IMG/VR virus record: IMGVR_UViG_3300048599_000025
DNA length: 39,137 nucleotides
From: a virus
Direction: 5' to 3' (one strand)
The notes below the pieces were generated by a model. The model searched no databases. It was not told the DNA's origin and saw only the letters and a list, made by a program, of their open reading frames with translations. Made by a program: the position numbers and the translations under genes. Shown here one piece after another: positions 6,717-15,179 of the stretch (position 1 is its first letter; each line of letters starts with the position of its first letter).

Positions 6717-8388
6717 AAGCTCCAGGGCATTGGCGTATGCCAGATGGTGCGTTGAACCGGACAACAAAAAAGCCCCTATCTATGTTAAAAAGCAGGCTCA
6801 AAAATGGATTGACATTGCCGAGGGAAGAAGCGACGATGCGCGTGTAGACGAAAAGACATACGAGAAAATATGCAAAATCCTAAAGTTGATAATCCACCCT
6901 GACCTAAAATGCTCGATGTACGACGGCCTGGAGGATTATGCATGGTTCCTGATCGTCGCCGTCTTCTGCACAAAGCTCAAAAGCGAGAACATCCGCTACT
7001 ACACAACGGCCCTGCTAGAGATAAGCCGCAAAAACTTCAAGACGTTTAACAGCGCGGTAATCTTCATCATCGGCATGCTGATAGAGCCGCAATTTTCCCG
7101 CTTTTTCTCTGTAGCTCCAGACCTCAAGTTGTCAAGCGAGTTGAAGCTGGCCATCAGAAAGATCATCAAAGCCAGCCCAGCATTATCTGATGACAAGGCG
7201 TTTAAGCTTCTTCGCAGCGAAATACGATGCTTAGTCACTGATTCGGAGTATACGCCGCTCGCCTACTCCGAAGATCGCATGGACGGTAAGCTGGCCAACA
7301 TGTTCCTTGCTGACGAAGCCGGTGCAATGGACAGCTACCCGATAGAAGCCATGCGTTCGTCACAGATCACGCTGTTCAATAAGCTTGGCATCATCATCAG
7401 TACCCAATACCCAAACGACAACAACGGAATGATTGATGAAATCGACAAGGCGAAGAAAACGCTTGATGATCTTAGAAAAAACAAGCGAATGTTTGCTTTG
7501 CTGTATGAGCCTGACGATTATCTGCTTGTAAATGACCAATGGCAGACCGACGACATGGTGATTTATCAGTCAAACCCAGTCGCTGTGGCGCATGATTACA
7601 TCCTAGAAGCCATCAAAAACATGCGCGAAGATGCCGTTTTGTACGAAAACAAGCGCGAAAACTACCTGTGCAAGCACAACAACATCAAGTACAAGAGCCT
7701 TGGCGTAGAGGGATTTATCCCAATTGACAAAGTTAGAGAGTGCAAAAAGCAGGAAGATTTGGCCTTCTGGCGTGGAAAAAGCGTGTATTTGGGGCTGGAT
7801 TTGTCGCAGACCGATGATAATACGTCGGTTTCTATGACGTGCGAGAGCGGAGATTGCATTTACACAAAGGTGTGGGGATTTATCCCGGCTGGAAAACTAC
7901 TGTTCAAGACAAAAAAAGAGGATGTCGACTACAAGGCGCTTATTCGACAAGGCGTTTGCTTTGCTTGCGGAGACGAAGTGGTAGACTACGGTTTCATAGA
8001 GCGTTTCATCATCGGCCTTGAAAAAACCTACGGAGTGCATATTGAGCAGATAGGGTATGACCGCTGGAATGCGCTTTCAACGGTGCAAAAGCTGGAGGCA
8101 GCGGGGCTTGAGTGCGTTGAGGTTAAGATGCATTCCAGCGTATTACACATGCCGACCAAGCTTATTAAAGAATACATCCTGGGTAAGAAGTTTTTTTACG
8201 ACGAAAACAAGATGTTGGAGATTAACTTTCAAAACGCACGCTGCACCGAAGATACCAACCTAAACAAATACGTCAACAAAAAGAAATCAGCCGGCAAGGT
8301 TGACATGGTTATCGCTACAATCATCGCCACATACCTGTTGCAACAGAACATGCTGTTTGGTTCTGATAACTTTGTGGTGCAATCATAG
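6709..8388 (+). CDS. terL: Terminase large subunit
   Basis: 559 aa. Terminase_1-like ATPase region (Walker-B-like FLADEAGAMD) plus a C-terminal nuclease region. Canonical position. Confidence 0.9.
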   Translation: MIKSSRALAYARWCVEPDNKKAPIYVKKQAQKWIDIAEGRSDDARVDEKTYEKICKILKLIIHPDLKCSMYDGLEDYAWFLIVAVFCTKLKSENIRYYTTALLEISRKNFKTFNSAVIFIIGMLIEPQFSRFFSVAPDLKLSSELKLAIRKIIKASPALSDDKAFKLLRSEIRCLVTDSEYTPLAYSEDRMDGKLANMFLADEAGAMDSYPIEAMRSSQITLFNKLGIIISTQYPNDNNGMIDEIDKAKKTLDDLRKNKRMFALLYEPDDYLLVNDQWQTDDMVIYQSNPVAVAHDYILEAIKNMREDAVLYENKRENYLCKHNNIKYKSLGVEGFIPIDKVRECKKQEDLAFWRGKSVYLGLDLSQTDDNTSVSMTCESGDCIYTKVWGFIPAGKLLFKTKKEDVDYKALIRQGVCFACGDEVVDYGFIERFIIGLEKTYGVHIEQIGYDRWNALSTVQKLEAAGLECVEVKMHSSVLHMPTKLIKEYILGKKFFYDENKMLEINFQNARCTEDTNLNKYVNKKKSAGKVDMVIATIIATYLLQQNMLFGSDNFVVQS

Positions 8389-8396
8389 GAGGTTTT

Positions 8397-9662
8397 ATGG
8401 GAATATTCAGCAAGAAAAAGCAGGAAATCAGGGCTGACACCCCAGTGAGTTTTGAGGATTCGCTTTTGCAGGCCATGCTTGGGAATACGGCGGTCACAAG
8501 GGCTATTGCATTGCAGATACCCACCGTCGCCAGCGCTATTGACTTGATTGGCAACATCATTGCCAGTACGCCTATAAAGTTGTACCAGGACAAAGACGGT
8601 GCAACAGAAGAAGTCAAAAACGACCCACGTACAAAGCTGTTGAACGATGAAACAGGCGACACGCTCAATGCCCATGACTTTTGGAAAGCTATTGTTTGCG
8701 ACTATTACCTTGGAAAAGGCGGATATGCGTACATCAATAAGGCCAGGGGTGCGGTTGCAAGCCTGCATTATGTGGACGAAACGCAAATTGCAATTCAGAA
8801 GAACGTTGATCCGATCTTCAAAGACTACGACATTCTGGTGCAAGGCAAAGCTTATAAGCCTTATGACTTCATCAAAATCCTGCGCAACACCAAGGATGGA
8901 GCAAGCGGAACCGGCATCATCACCGAATTGAGCAAAATCCTTGAAGTCGCGTATGAGAGTTTGAGTTTTGAAAGCGCCTTGGTCAAGAAGGGCGGAAACA
9001 AGAAAGGGTTTTTAAAATCAGAAAGCAAGCTTGACCAGTCAGCGATTGACAAACTCAAAGAAGCATGGAAAAGCCTTTACGCAAACAATGCGGAAAACAT
9101 GATGGTGCTGAATAAGGGCATTGAGTTCAAAGAATCCAGCAACACCAGTGTGGAAATGCAGCTCAACGAGAACAAAATCACAAACTCGCTGGAGCTGTGC
9201 AAAATCTTTCATGTATCGCCTGACACAATAGCAGGAAAAGCCACTGAAAGCGACCTGCAAAGCCTTGCAAAGCTGGCAGCCATCCCGCTCATGTACACAA
9301 TCCAATGTGCCCTAAATCGTGACCTCCTACTCGAAAAAGAGAAGGAGGCTTTTTATTGGGCGTTTGACACCAAAGAGCTGCTAAAAGGTAATCTCAAGGA
9401 GCGCATGGATTCATACGCGGTTGCGGTTGATAAGGGCATCATGACGCGGAATGAGGCCAGGTACGCCGAGGACTTACCAAGCATCGACGGTATGAACGTT
9501 ATCAGTATGAGCCTTGCAGATGTGATTTTCGACATCAAAACAAAAACGTATTTCACGCCAAACACCAAGACCGTGACAGACACGGCAAACGGTACAGCAG
9601 CGACCACAGCGCCAAAGACAGATCCACCCAACCCGCCGGAACCATTGAAGGGAGGTGAATAG
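8397..9662 (+). CDS. Portal protein (HK97 family-like)
   Basis: 421 aa, directly after terL and before the prohead protease. Confidence 0.85.
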   Translation: MGIFSKKKQEIRADTPVSFEDSLLQAMLGNTAVTRAIALQIPTVASAIDLIGNIIASTPIKLYQDKDGATEEVKNDPRTKLLNDETGDTLNAHDFWKAIVCDYYLGKGGYAYINKARGAVASLHYVDETQIAIQKNVDPIFKDYDILVQGKAYKPYDFIKILRNTKDGASGTGIITELSKILEVAYESLSFESALVKKGGNKKGFLKSESKLDQSAIDKLKEAWKSLYANNAENMMVLNKGIEFKESSNTSVEMQLNENKITNSLELCKIFHVSPDTIAGKATESDLQSLAKLAAIPLMYTIQCALNRDLLLEKEKEAFYWAFDTKELLKGNLKERMDSYAVAVDKGIMTRNEARYAEDLPSIDGMNVISMSLADVIFDIKTKTYFTPNTKTVTDTANGTAATTAPKTDPPNPPEPLKGGE

Positions 9663-10256
9663 ATGCAAATAGAGATTCGCGCAGATGGCGCGCACATCAG
9701 CGGTTATGTGAATGTGACTGAAAAGAAAAGCCGACCCGTGATAACGCCGCACGGCAAAGTGATCGAAGAAATCGAGCCGAGAGCGTTTGAGCAGGCAATT
9801 GAGCGGGCCGGAAATGTTACTGTGACGGTAGATCATGACAATTCAAACATATATGCCAGCACGCAAGACGGAACGCTTACGCTGTATGAGGACGCAATAG
9901 GTTTGCATGCCGATGTGATAATCAAAGACCTTGCGGTAATCGAGATTGCAAAGCAAGGCAAAATACGCGGCTGGAGCTTTGGCATGTATAACGTGGTTGA
10001 CACGCTGGAGCCGAGGGCAAACGATATTCCGATCAGGCATATTTCATCCCTCGATCTTGACCACATTACACTGGCAGTCAACAAGCGGCCCATATACGCC
10101 GCAACATCCATAGAAGTTCGCGCAGATGTCGATGTGGACATTGAAACGCGGGCTTTTTTTGATGATCCTAAAGTCACCGACAACACACCCACCACACCCG
10201 AAAAGCCCGACAACACCGATTACCACAAACGACTTGCCGCACTGCGGCAGAAATGA
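9663..10256 (+). CDS. Prohead maturation protease (HK97/S78-like)
   Basis: 197 aa, begins ...ISGYVNVTEKKSRPV.... Lies between the portal and the capsid gene. Confidence 0.8.
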   Translation: MQIEIRADGAHISGYVNVTEKKSRPVITPHGKVIEEIEPRAFEQAIERAGNVTVTVDHDNSNIYASTQDGTLTLYEDAIGLHADVIIKDLAVIEIAKQGKIRGWSFGMYNVVDTLEPRANDIPIRHISSLDLDHITLAVNKRPIYAATSIEVRADVDVDIETRAFFDDPKVTDNTPTTPEKPDNTDYHKRLAALRQK

Positions 10257-10266
10257 GGAATTACCT

Positions 10267-11421
10267 ATGAAGAATCTCAAGGCACTTATGGAAAAGCGCA
10301 CCGATCTCCAGAACCAGCTTGACGCCATTGTATCCAAGGCAGACACCGAAGTCCGCGCCGTGAACGACGAGGAAAAGACCGAATTTGACCGGCTTGAAAA
10401 GGAAATCAGGGCTATTGATGAAACTGTTTCCCTTGAGGAAAGGGCACGCGGCATCGAAAAGAAAGCTGCTCCCACCACCGAGGAACGCGCTGAAGCAGTT
10501 GAAGAACGGGCATTTCTGAACTACATCAAGCGCGAATGCGGCGTACCGGTTGAAGTTCGTTCCGGTGAGCAGAACTTCACGATGGCAAACAATGGCGCGG
10601 TCATTCCGACCAGCATCGTCAATCGCATTATCTCCACCGTGAAAGAAATGTGTCCCATCTTCGCAAAGTGCACCATGTTCAGCGTAAAGGGCACGCTCAA
10701 GGTGCCCGTGTACGGCCTTGCCAACACCACCCATGACATCGCTGTCGGGTATCAGGCTGAGTTTACCGACATCACCGCAGACGCTGGCCAGTTCACCAGC
10801 GTAGATTTGTCCGGATTCCTGGCTGGCGCTCTGACGTTGCTTGGCAAATCCGTAATCAATAACAGCGAAATCGACGTCACCAGCTTCATCGTCGCAGAGA
10901 TGGGCAAAAAGATCGCCCTGTTCCTTGAATGCGAACTGCTGAATGGAACCACCGACAAGGCCGAAGGCGCACTGTCTACCACAAATACCATGAACGCCGG
11001 TTCTGTCAGCGCCATTACTGCCGACAACTTGATCGATTTGCAAGCCAAGGTGCCTACCTCGTATCAGGCCAACGCCTGCTGGACAATGGCTCCGGCCACC
11101 TTTACCGCTATTCGCAAGCTGAAATACGGCGACGGCAAGTATCTGATTCAGGACAGCTTCACCGGCGCAACGCCTTTCACGCTGCTGGGCAAACCCGTGT
11201 ATCTTTCCGACAACATGCCCGCCATTGGAAGTGCTGCCAAGGCCGTGCTGTACGGCGATTACTCCGGCCTTGCCGTGAACATGCGTCAGAACATCGAAAT
11301 GCAGGTACTTAACGAAAAGTACGCCACACAGCACGCCGTGGGCCTTGTGAGCTGGTTCGAGTTTGACAGTGATGTCATCGACAACCAGAAGCTTGCCGCG
11401 CTGGTAATGTCGGTATCCTAA
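10267..11421 (+). CDS. Major capsid protein (HK97 fold) with an N-terminal coiled-coil delta-like domain
   Basis: Internal ATG 10267 of ORF 10126..11421, just after the protease stop. 384 aa beginning KNLKALMEKRTDLQNQLDAI.... Confidence 0.9.
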   Translation: MKNLKALMEKRTDLQNQLDAIVSKADTEVRAVNDEEKTEFDRLEKEIRAIDETVSLEERARGIEKKAAPTTEERAEAVEERAFLNYIKRECGVPVEVRSGEQNFTMANNGAVIPTSIVNRIISTVKEMCPIFAKCTMFSVKGTLKVPVYGLANTTHDIAVGYQAEFTDITADAGQFTSVDLSGFLAGALTLLGKSVINNSEIDVTSFIVAEMGKKIALFLECELLNGTTDKAEGALSTTNTMNAGSVSAITADNLIDLQAKVPTSYQANACWTMAPATFTAIRKLKYGDGKYLIQDSFTGATPFTLLGKPVYLSDNMPAIGSAAKAVLYGDYSGLAVNMRQNIEMQVLNEKYATQHAVGLVSWFEFDSDVIDNQKLAALVMSVS

Positions 11422-11428
11422 CAATGAC

Positions 11429-11457
11429 GGGGCGGCTGAAATACGCCGCCCTTTTCT
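11429..11457 (+). terminator. Intrinsic terminator after the capsid gene
   Basis: GGGCGGC-tgaaatac-GCCGCCC followed by TTTTCT. Confidence 0.7.
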
Positions 11458-11476
11458 ATGAAAGCGAGGGAAAGAA

Positions 11477-11881
11477 ATGTCTAATGTTCCGAACTACACC
11501 GAACAGGGTGGGGCAAAAACTGTAATCGGCGGCACTCTTGAAATACCCGGCGCACTCGACTTGACGGGCGCAACCATTACCGGCGCAGTCACAGCTGCGG
11601 TTGTAAACAACCTGACCACAACCGCCACCGGAAGCGCCCTTGACGCCGCACAGGGCAAGGCTCTGAAAACGCTGGTTGACGCACGGGCGACTACGGCATC
11701 GATTGTAAACGACCTGACAACCGGCGGCGTAGCGGTACCATTGTCTGCCGAACAAGGTAAGGTGCTTGGCGCGAGAAAATCTGCTCTTGTCGCGGAGGCC
11801 GCAGGCGCTAACCCCACCGCAGCAGAGTTCAAGGCACTGCTTGATGCGCTCAAGGCTGCCGGACTGATGGCGACAACCTAA
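11477..11881 (+). CDS. Head fiber/decoration-like protein
   Basis: 134 aa, Ala/Thr/Gly-rich, with two copies of an xxA(A/E)QGK(A/V)L motif typical of phage fibre segments. Position immediately after the capsid gene. Confidence 0.4.
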   Translation: MSNVPNYTEQGGAKTVIGGTLEIPGALDLTGATITGAVTAAVVNNLTTTATGSALDAAQGKALKTLVDARATTASIVNDLTTGGVAVPLSAEQGKVLGARKSALVAEAAGANPTAAEFKALLDALKAAGLMATT

Positions 11882-11899
11882 TGAAGGGGGCAAAGCCAC

Positions 11900-12196
11900 A
11901 TGAAGGTAAGCGATATTACCAGCCAGCTTGTGGCTGAATACCTGCGCCTTGATTACGCCACTATGACCGCACCCGAAAAGGCAGAGCTTCAAACCATACT
12001 GGACGCTGCCACGGCTTTCGTGGTGTCGTACACAGGCCAAACAGAGGATGCGCTTGATGACTTCCCCGATGTGGTTCTCGCCGTCTACGTACTGTGCCAA
12101 GACATGTACGACACGCGCTCCTATTACGTTGACAAATCAAACGTAAACAAGGTTGTTGAGGCGATCCTTGGGATGCATTGCATCAACCTTTTGTGA
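11900..12196 (+). CDS. Head-tail connector (gp6-like)
   Basis: 98 aa. The start MKVSDITSQLVAEYLRLDY... and the position are typical of this family. Confidence 0.7.
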   Translation: MKVSDITSQLVAEYLRLDYATMTAPEKAELQTILDAATAFVVSYTGQTEDALDDFPDVVLAVYVLCQDMYDTRSYYVDKSNVNKVVEAILGMHCINLL

Positions 12197-12207
12197 GGTG
12201 GTGACAT

Positions 12208-12543
12208 ATGCAGATCAACCCCGGAGAGCTTAACAAGAAAATATCCATTTACAGCAAATCAAACGGCATAGATTCTGGCGGCTTCCCAACCAACACCGAA
12301 ACGCTGGTACTGTCTTGCTGGGCAAAGATTACGCGCACAAGCGGCACGGAAATCATTAAGGCAAATGCAGACTTTGCGGACGTGAAGATAAGGTTCCTGA
12401 TTCGCTATCCCAAAGCTGCAATCACGCGAGAAATGATTGTCCGGTATGGCGTTGATTATGAGATCGAGTACGTCAACGACTACGGGGATGCGCACGAGTA
12501 CGTGGAGATTGTTGCATCTCGTATGACGGCGGAGGTGGCGTAA
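12208..12543 (+). CDS. Head closure/head-tail adaptor protein
   Basis: 111 aa. INPGELNKKISIY... is characteristic of the SPP1 gp16/HK97 gp9-type family. Confidence 0.7.
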   Translation: MQINPGELNKKISIYSKSNGIDSGGFPTNTETLVLSCWAKITRTSGTEIIKANADFADVKIRFLIRYPKAAITREMIVRYGVDYEIEYVNDYGDAHEYVEIVASRMTAEVA

Positions 12544-12869
12544 TGGACATAACAACACGCGTCATGTCTGCGCTAACCGGGACGGTGCCCACAGCCTTTG
12601 GTGCATACCTTGGCACACCTCCAGATCAATTCTGCGTGTTCACCATCATGTCAACGCCCGAAGCCGCCGCCGACGATGTGGAAAACGAACGGATGCACTA
12701 TGTCTACTTGGAACTGTATTCAACATCAAACCCCATCGCAAAAAAGACCGCCATCCACACGGCCATGAAAGCCGCCGGGTTTATGTTCAACGAAGAACGC
12801 GGCTATTACGACCAGGCAACAAAGACAAGTCAATTTTCCATGACCTGGACGTATTTGGAGGCGGTGTAA
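12543..12869 (+). CDS. Neck/tail-completion protein (uncharacterised)
   Basis: 108 aa. Translationally coupled (TAATG) within the neck gene block. Confidence 0.4.
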   Translation: MDITTRVMSALTGTVPTAFGAYLGTPPDQFCVFTIMSTPEAAADDVENERMHYVYLELYSTSNPIAKKTAIHTAMKAAGFMFNEERGYYDQATKTSQFSMTWTYLEAV

Positions 12870-13255
12870 TGGGGCTAAAAGCATCGGGGTTTAGGGCCTT
12901 GTCCGACGATCTTGCACGCATAAGCGAAGGATTCAGCCGCGAAGCAATGGAGCGGGCAATAAGAAGCGGAGCAGAGCCGGTGCTTGACAAGATGATTCAA
13001 TACGCGCCGGTAAAGCGCGGAATTGTAAAGAAAGCGCTTAAGATTGGCCCCCTCAAGCGATGGCATGGAGGAAAGTATTATATGCGCGTGGGCGTTGTGC
13101 ATGGTCCTGACGCCCCACACGCGCATCTTGTCGAAGATGGCCACGGTGGCCCGCACCCAGCACCACCCCACCCGTTTGCAAGGCCCGCCTTCGATTCAAC
13201 GAAGGACGTGGCCTTTTCCAATATTCGGCAGTCCTTTATAGACGAAATGGAATGA
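12869..13255 (+). CDS. HK97 gp10-family tail-completion protein
   Basis: 128 aa. ...APVKRGIVKKALKIG...HLVEDGH...HPFARPAFD is typical of the gp10 family. Confidence 0.7.
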   Translation: MGLKASGFRALSDDLARISEGFSREAMERAIRSGAEPVLDKMIQYAPVKRGIVKKALKIGPLKRWHGGKYYMRVGVVHGPDAPHAHLVEDGHGGPHPAPPHPFARPAFDSTKDVAFSNIRQSFIDEME

Positions 13256-13276
13256 CAATACGAAAGGATGAACTAA

Positions 13277-14152
13277 ATGGCAACGACAAATAGCCGTGTT
13301 GGCTTAAAGGGTGTTTGCTTTTGGGAACAGACAGCCGATACCTCGGCATCAGTCACATATGGTTCCAAGCGTTCGGAAGTAATTGAGGCTATCAACGCCA
13401 CCATTGCCCCTGCAAACACAGACCCCGACATCCAATATGCCGAGGACGTGGAAAGCGATGTGCTTTATTCTGATCCCGAACTAACCGTTACGCTGGAAGC
13501 AAAAGAAATTCCCATCACTTTACGCGCTTGGCTTTTGGGCCATACCGTAGATTCCAACGGCGTCATGATCGAAAAGGCCACCGACGCCCCGCCCTATATC
13601 GCAATGGGTTTCAAGAGCATCAAGCGCAACAATGCTTACCGCTATGTGCAGCTTTTGAAGGGCCGCGCAAAGCTGATGTCCGACACCTACCGCACAATGG
13701 AGAAGACGCCCACCCGGCAAACAGATAGTATTGAAATCGTGTTCATCAAGCGCACGTATGACAATGATTATAAGTATCAGGTTGATTCTGATACAGCCGC
13801 CTTCTCTGGCGAGGCTGCAACCTTCTTCGATGCGCCTTATGTCAAGGCCGTTGAGCCCTACATCAGCCTCACTGCACAGCCTGCTAATGCTGCCGTTACC
13901 GTTGGCTCTGTGTCTGGCACGCTGGCTGTCACCGTCTCCGCTGTGCCCTCTGGCAGCCCGACGTACCAGTGGTACAAGCCTACAACGCCTGTGGTTGGCA
14001 CTGCCGATACCGCCGTGGCAGGCGCGACCACCGCAAGCCTCACCATACCGACAACGCTCACTGCTGGCACTCACTACTTCTATTGCAAGATCATGCTTAC
14101 CGGAGCAAACACGGTTTACTCCTACGTGGCGCAGGTCATTGCTTCCGAGTAA
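13277..14152 (+). CDS. Major tail protein with a C-terminal Ig-like domain
   Basis: 291 aa. phi13-type N-terminal region. The C-terminal 90 aa (LTAQPANAAVTVGSVSGTLAVTVSA...YQWYK...THYFYCKI) look like an Ig-like decoration domain. Confidence 0.8.
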   Translation: MATTNSRVGLKGVCFWEQTADTSASVTYGSKRSEVIEAINATIAPANTDPDIQYAEDVESDVLYSDPELTVTLEAKEIPITLRAWLLGHTVDSNGVMIEKATDAPPYIAMGFKSIKRNNAYRYVQLLKGRAKLMSDTYRTMEKTPTRQTDSIEIVFIKRTYDNDYKYQVDSDTAAFSGEAATFFDAPYVKAVEPYISLTAQPANAAVTVGSVSGTLAVTVSAVPSGSPTYQWYKPTTPVVGTADTAVAGATTASLTIPTTLTAGTHYFYCKIMLTGANTVYSYVAQVIASE

Positions 14153-14159
14153 CACCACA

Positions 14160-14190
14160 GGGCCGCTTGAAACACAGCGGCCCTTCTTTT
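14160..14190 (+). terminator. Intrinsic terminator after the major tail gene
   Basis: GGGCCGCT-tgaaacac-AGCGGCCC followed by TTCTTTT. Confidence 0.7.
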
Positions 14191-14206
14191 CTAAGGAGGA
14201 TGGAAT

Positions 14207-14488
14207 ATGGAAACCGGAGTTAAAACCACATCAATCAAGTTTGATATTTTCAATCTTGATAAGTTGCAAAACGTTATTAAAGTGCTTGGGCGCTGGGCAG
14301 AAGATGAACGCATTCCAGAGGATGCAAGGCAAGAAATGGTGGACGCGCTCAACGGCGCAATAAACACTGAACACAAGCCTGTAAAGGTTTATTACGAGTG
14401 CGATGGACGCGCATGTAAAGACAGGTGCAGTAAAAGCGCTGGGTATTGCCATTGCACAACCGATATACGGCACGCTAAAAAACTTTGA
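14207..14488 (+). CDS. Hypothetical Cys-rich protein, zero-frame product (93 aa)
   Basis: AAGGAGG RBS. C-terminus YECDGRACKDRCSKSAGYCHCTTDIRHAKKL, with the stop directly after an A6 run (14477-14482). Confidence 0.5.
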   Translation: METGVKTTSIKFDIFNLDKLQNVIKVLGRWAEDERIPEDARQEMVDALNGAINTEHKPVKVYYECDGRACKDRCSKSAGYCHCTTDIRHAKKL

Positions 14489-14615
14489 AATGGATAGGCA
14501 CGGAAACTTTCGAGAAAGGCACATTGTGGACGTTTACGAACGCATGAATACTAGCGTTTTCAACTGCCACAGCACAATCGGAAACGTGCAAGCACCGAAA
14601 GATAAAGAGGTATAA
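14481..14615 (+). CDS. +1-frame continuation of the 14207 gene (candidate recoding, homopolymer indel or pseudogene)
   Basis: The +1 frame is open to a stop at 14613-14615, 2 nt before the next gene. Joining at the A6 run gives ...DIRHAK-NFEMDRHGNFRERHIV.... Confidence 0.4.
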   Translation, partial: NFEMDRHGNFRERHIVDVYERMNTSVFNCHSTIGNVQAPKDKEV

Positions 14616-14617
14616 AA

Positions 14618-15007
14618 ATGACAACCATCAAATTAACACAGAAAATCGAAGGCCGCAAAGTCAAGCGGCCTTTTTCATTTCTTTCAACACCTGACCGCAT
14701 CGCTACAAAACAATATCAGGTGCCGTACATCAATGGCCGCGCTCTTCGTAATAGCGACGTTGTGGCCGCCTTGATCGACAAAGCCCGCAATGGTGAGGCG
14801 TTCGCACCGGAGGAAGTAGATGCCTGCTGCGAGTGGTTTTGCGGCCTGTTCCAAAACCAGTTTACCGTGGACGAACTGCTTGATGGCTACGAAGCAGATT
14901 CGCTTATGCCGGATATTTTCGCAGCCTACATGGCCGTTGCAAGCGGAACGATGAAGGTTTTGACTGAGTTCCCTATTCCTCCCACGGCGGAAGCGAAAAC
15001 GAAGTAA
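14618..15007 (+). CDS. Tail assembly chaperone (gpG-like)
   Basis: 129 aa, lies between the major tail protein and the tape measure. RBS AGAGG. Confidence 0.7.
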   Translation: MTTIKLTQKIEGRKVKRPFSFLSTPDRIATKQYQVPYINGRALRNSDVVAALIDKARNGEAFAPEEVDACCEWFCGLFQNQFTVDELLDGYEADSLMPDIFAAYMAVASGTMKVLTEFPIPPTAEAKTK

Positions 15008-15168
15008 ATTCGCTGTGGGATTTTGTGATGCTTATTTATTCTGACCTTCTCAAAGCCGGAGTGCCCATGAATGAGATCGATAGCATGGACTTTCCGGGCT
15101 ACATCCGCGTGATTGCTTATACCGCATCAACCAAAACCAAAGAAGCCTTTATCGATGATATTTTGTGA
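14968..15168 (+). CDS. -1-frame extension of the tail assembly chaperone (gpGT-like)
   Basis: The -1 frame is open from 14968 to a TGA at 15166-15168, 12 nt before the tape-measure start. Hand-translated: ...NEVNSLWDFVMLIYSDLLKAGVPMNEIDSMDFPGYIRVIAYTASTKTKEAFIDDIL. Confidence 0.55.
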   Translation, partial: VPYSSHGGSENEVNSLWDFVMLIYSDLLKAGVPMNEIDSMDFPGYIRVIAYTASTKTKEAFIDDIL

Positions 15169-15179
15169 GGTGAATCCAA

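Noticed and set aside
6207-6767. 186-aa - strand ORF antisense to terS
   Set aside because: Shadow ORF. The + strand small-terminase reading is supported by position and overlap with terL.
10261-11424. 387-aa ORF on the - strand, antisense to the major capsid gene
   Set aside because: It mirrors a well-supported + strand capsid gene. The composition is low-complexity (Gly/Ala/His/Val-rich), there is no RBS context, and it is a typical shadow ORF in G+C-balanced coding DNA.
14403-14615. Independent 70-aa gene starting at ATG 14403
   Set aside because: Its first 26 codons overlap the 14207 gene, with no RBS. The +1-frame segment is better explained as a continuation from the A6 run at 14477-14482.
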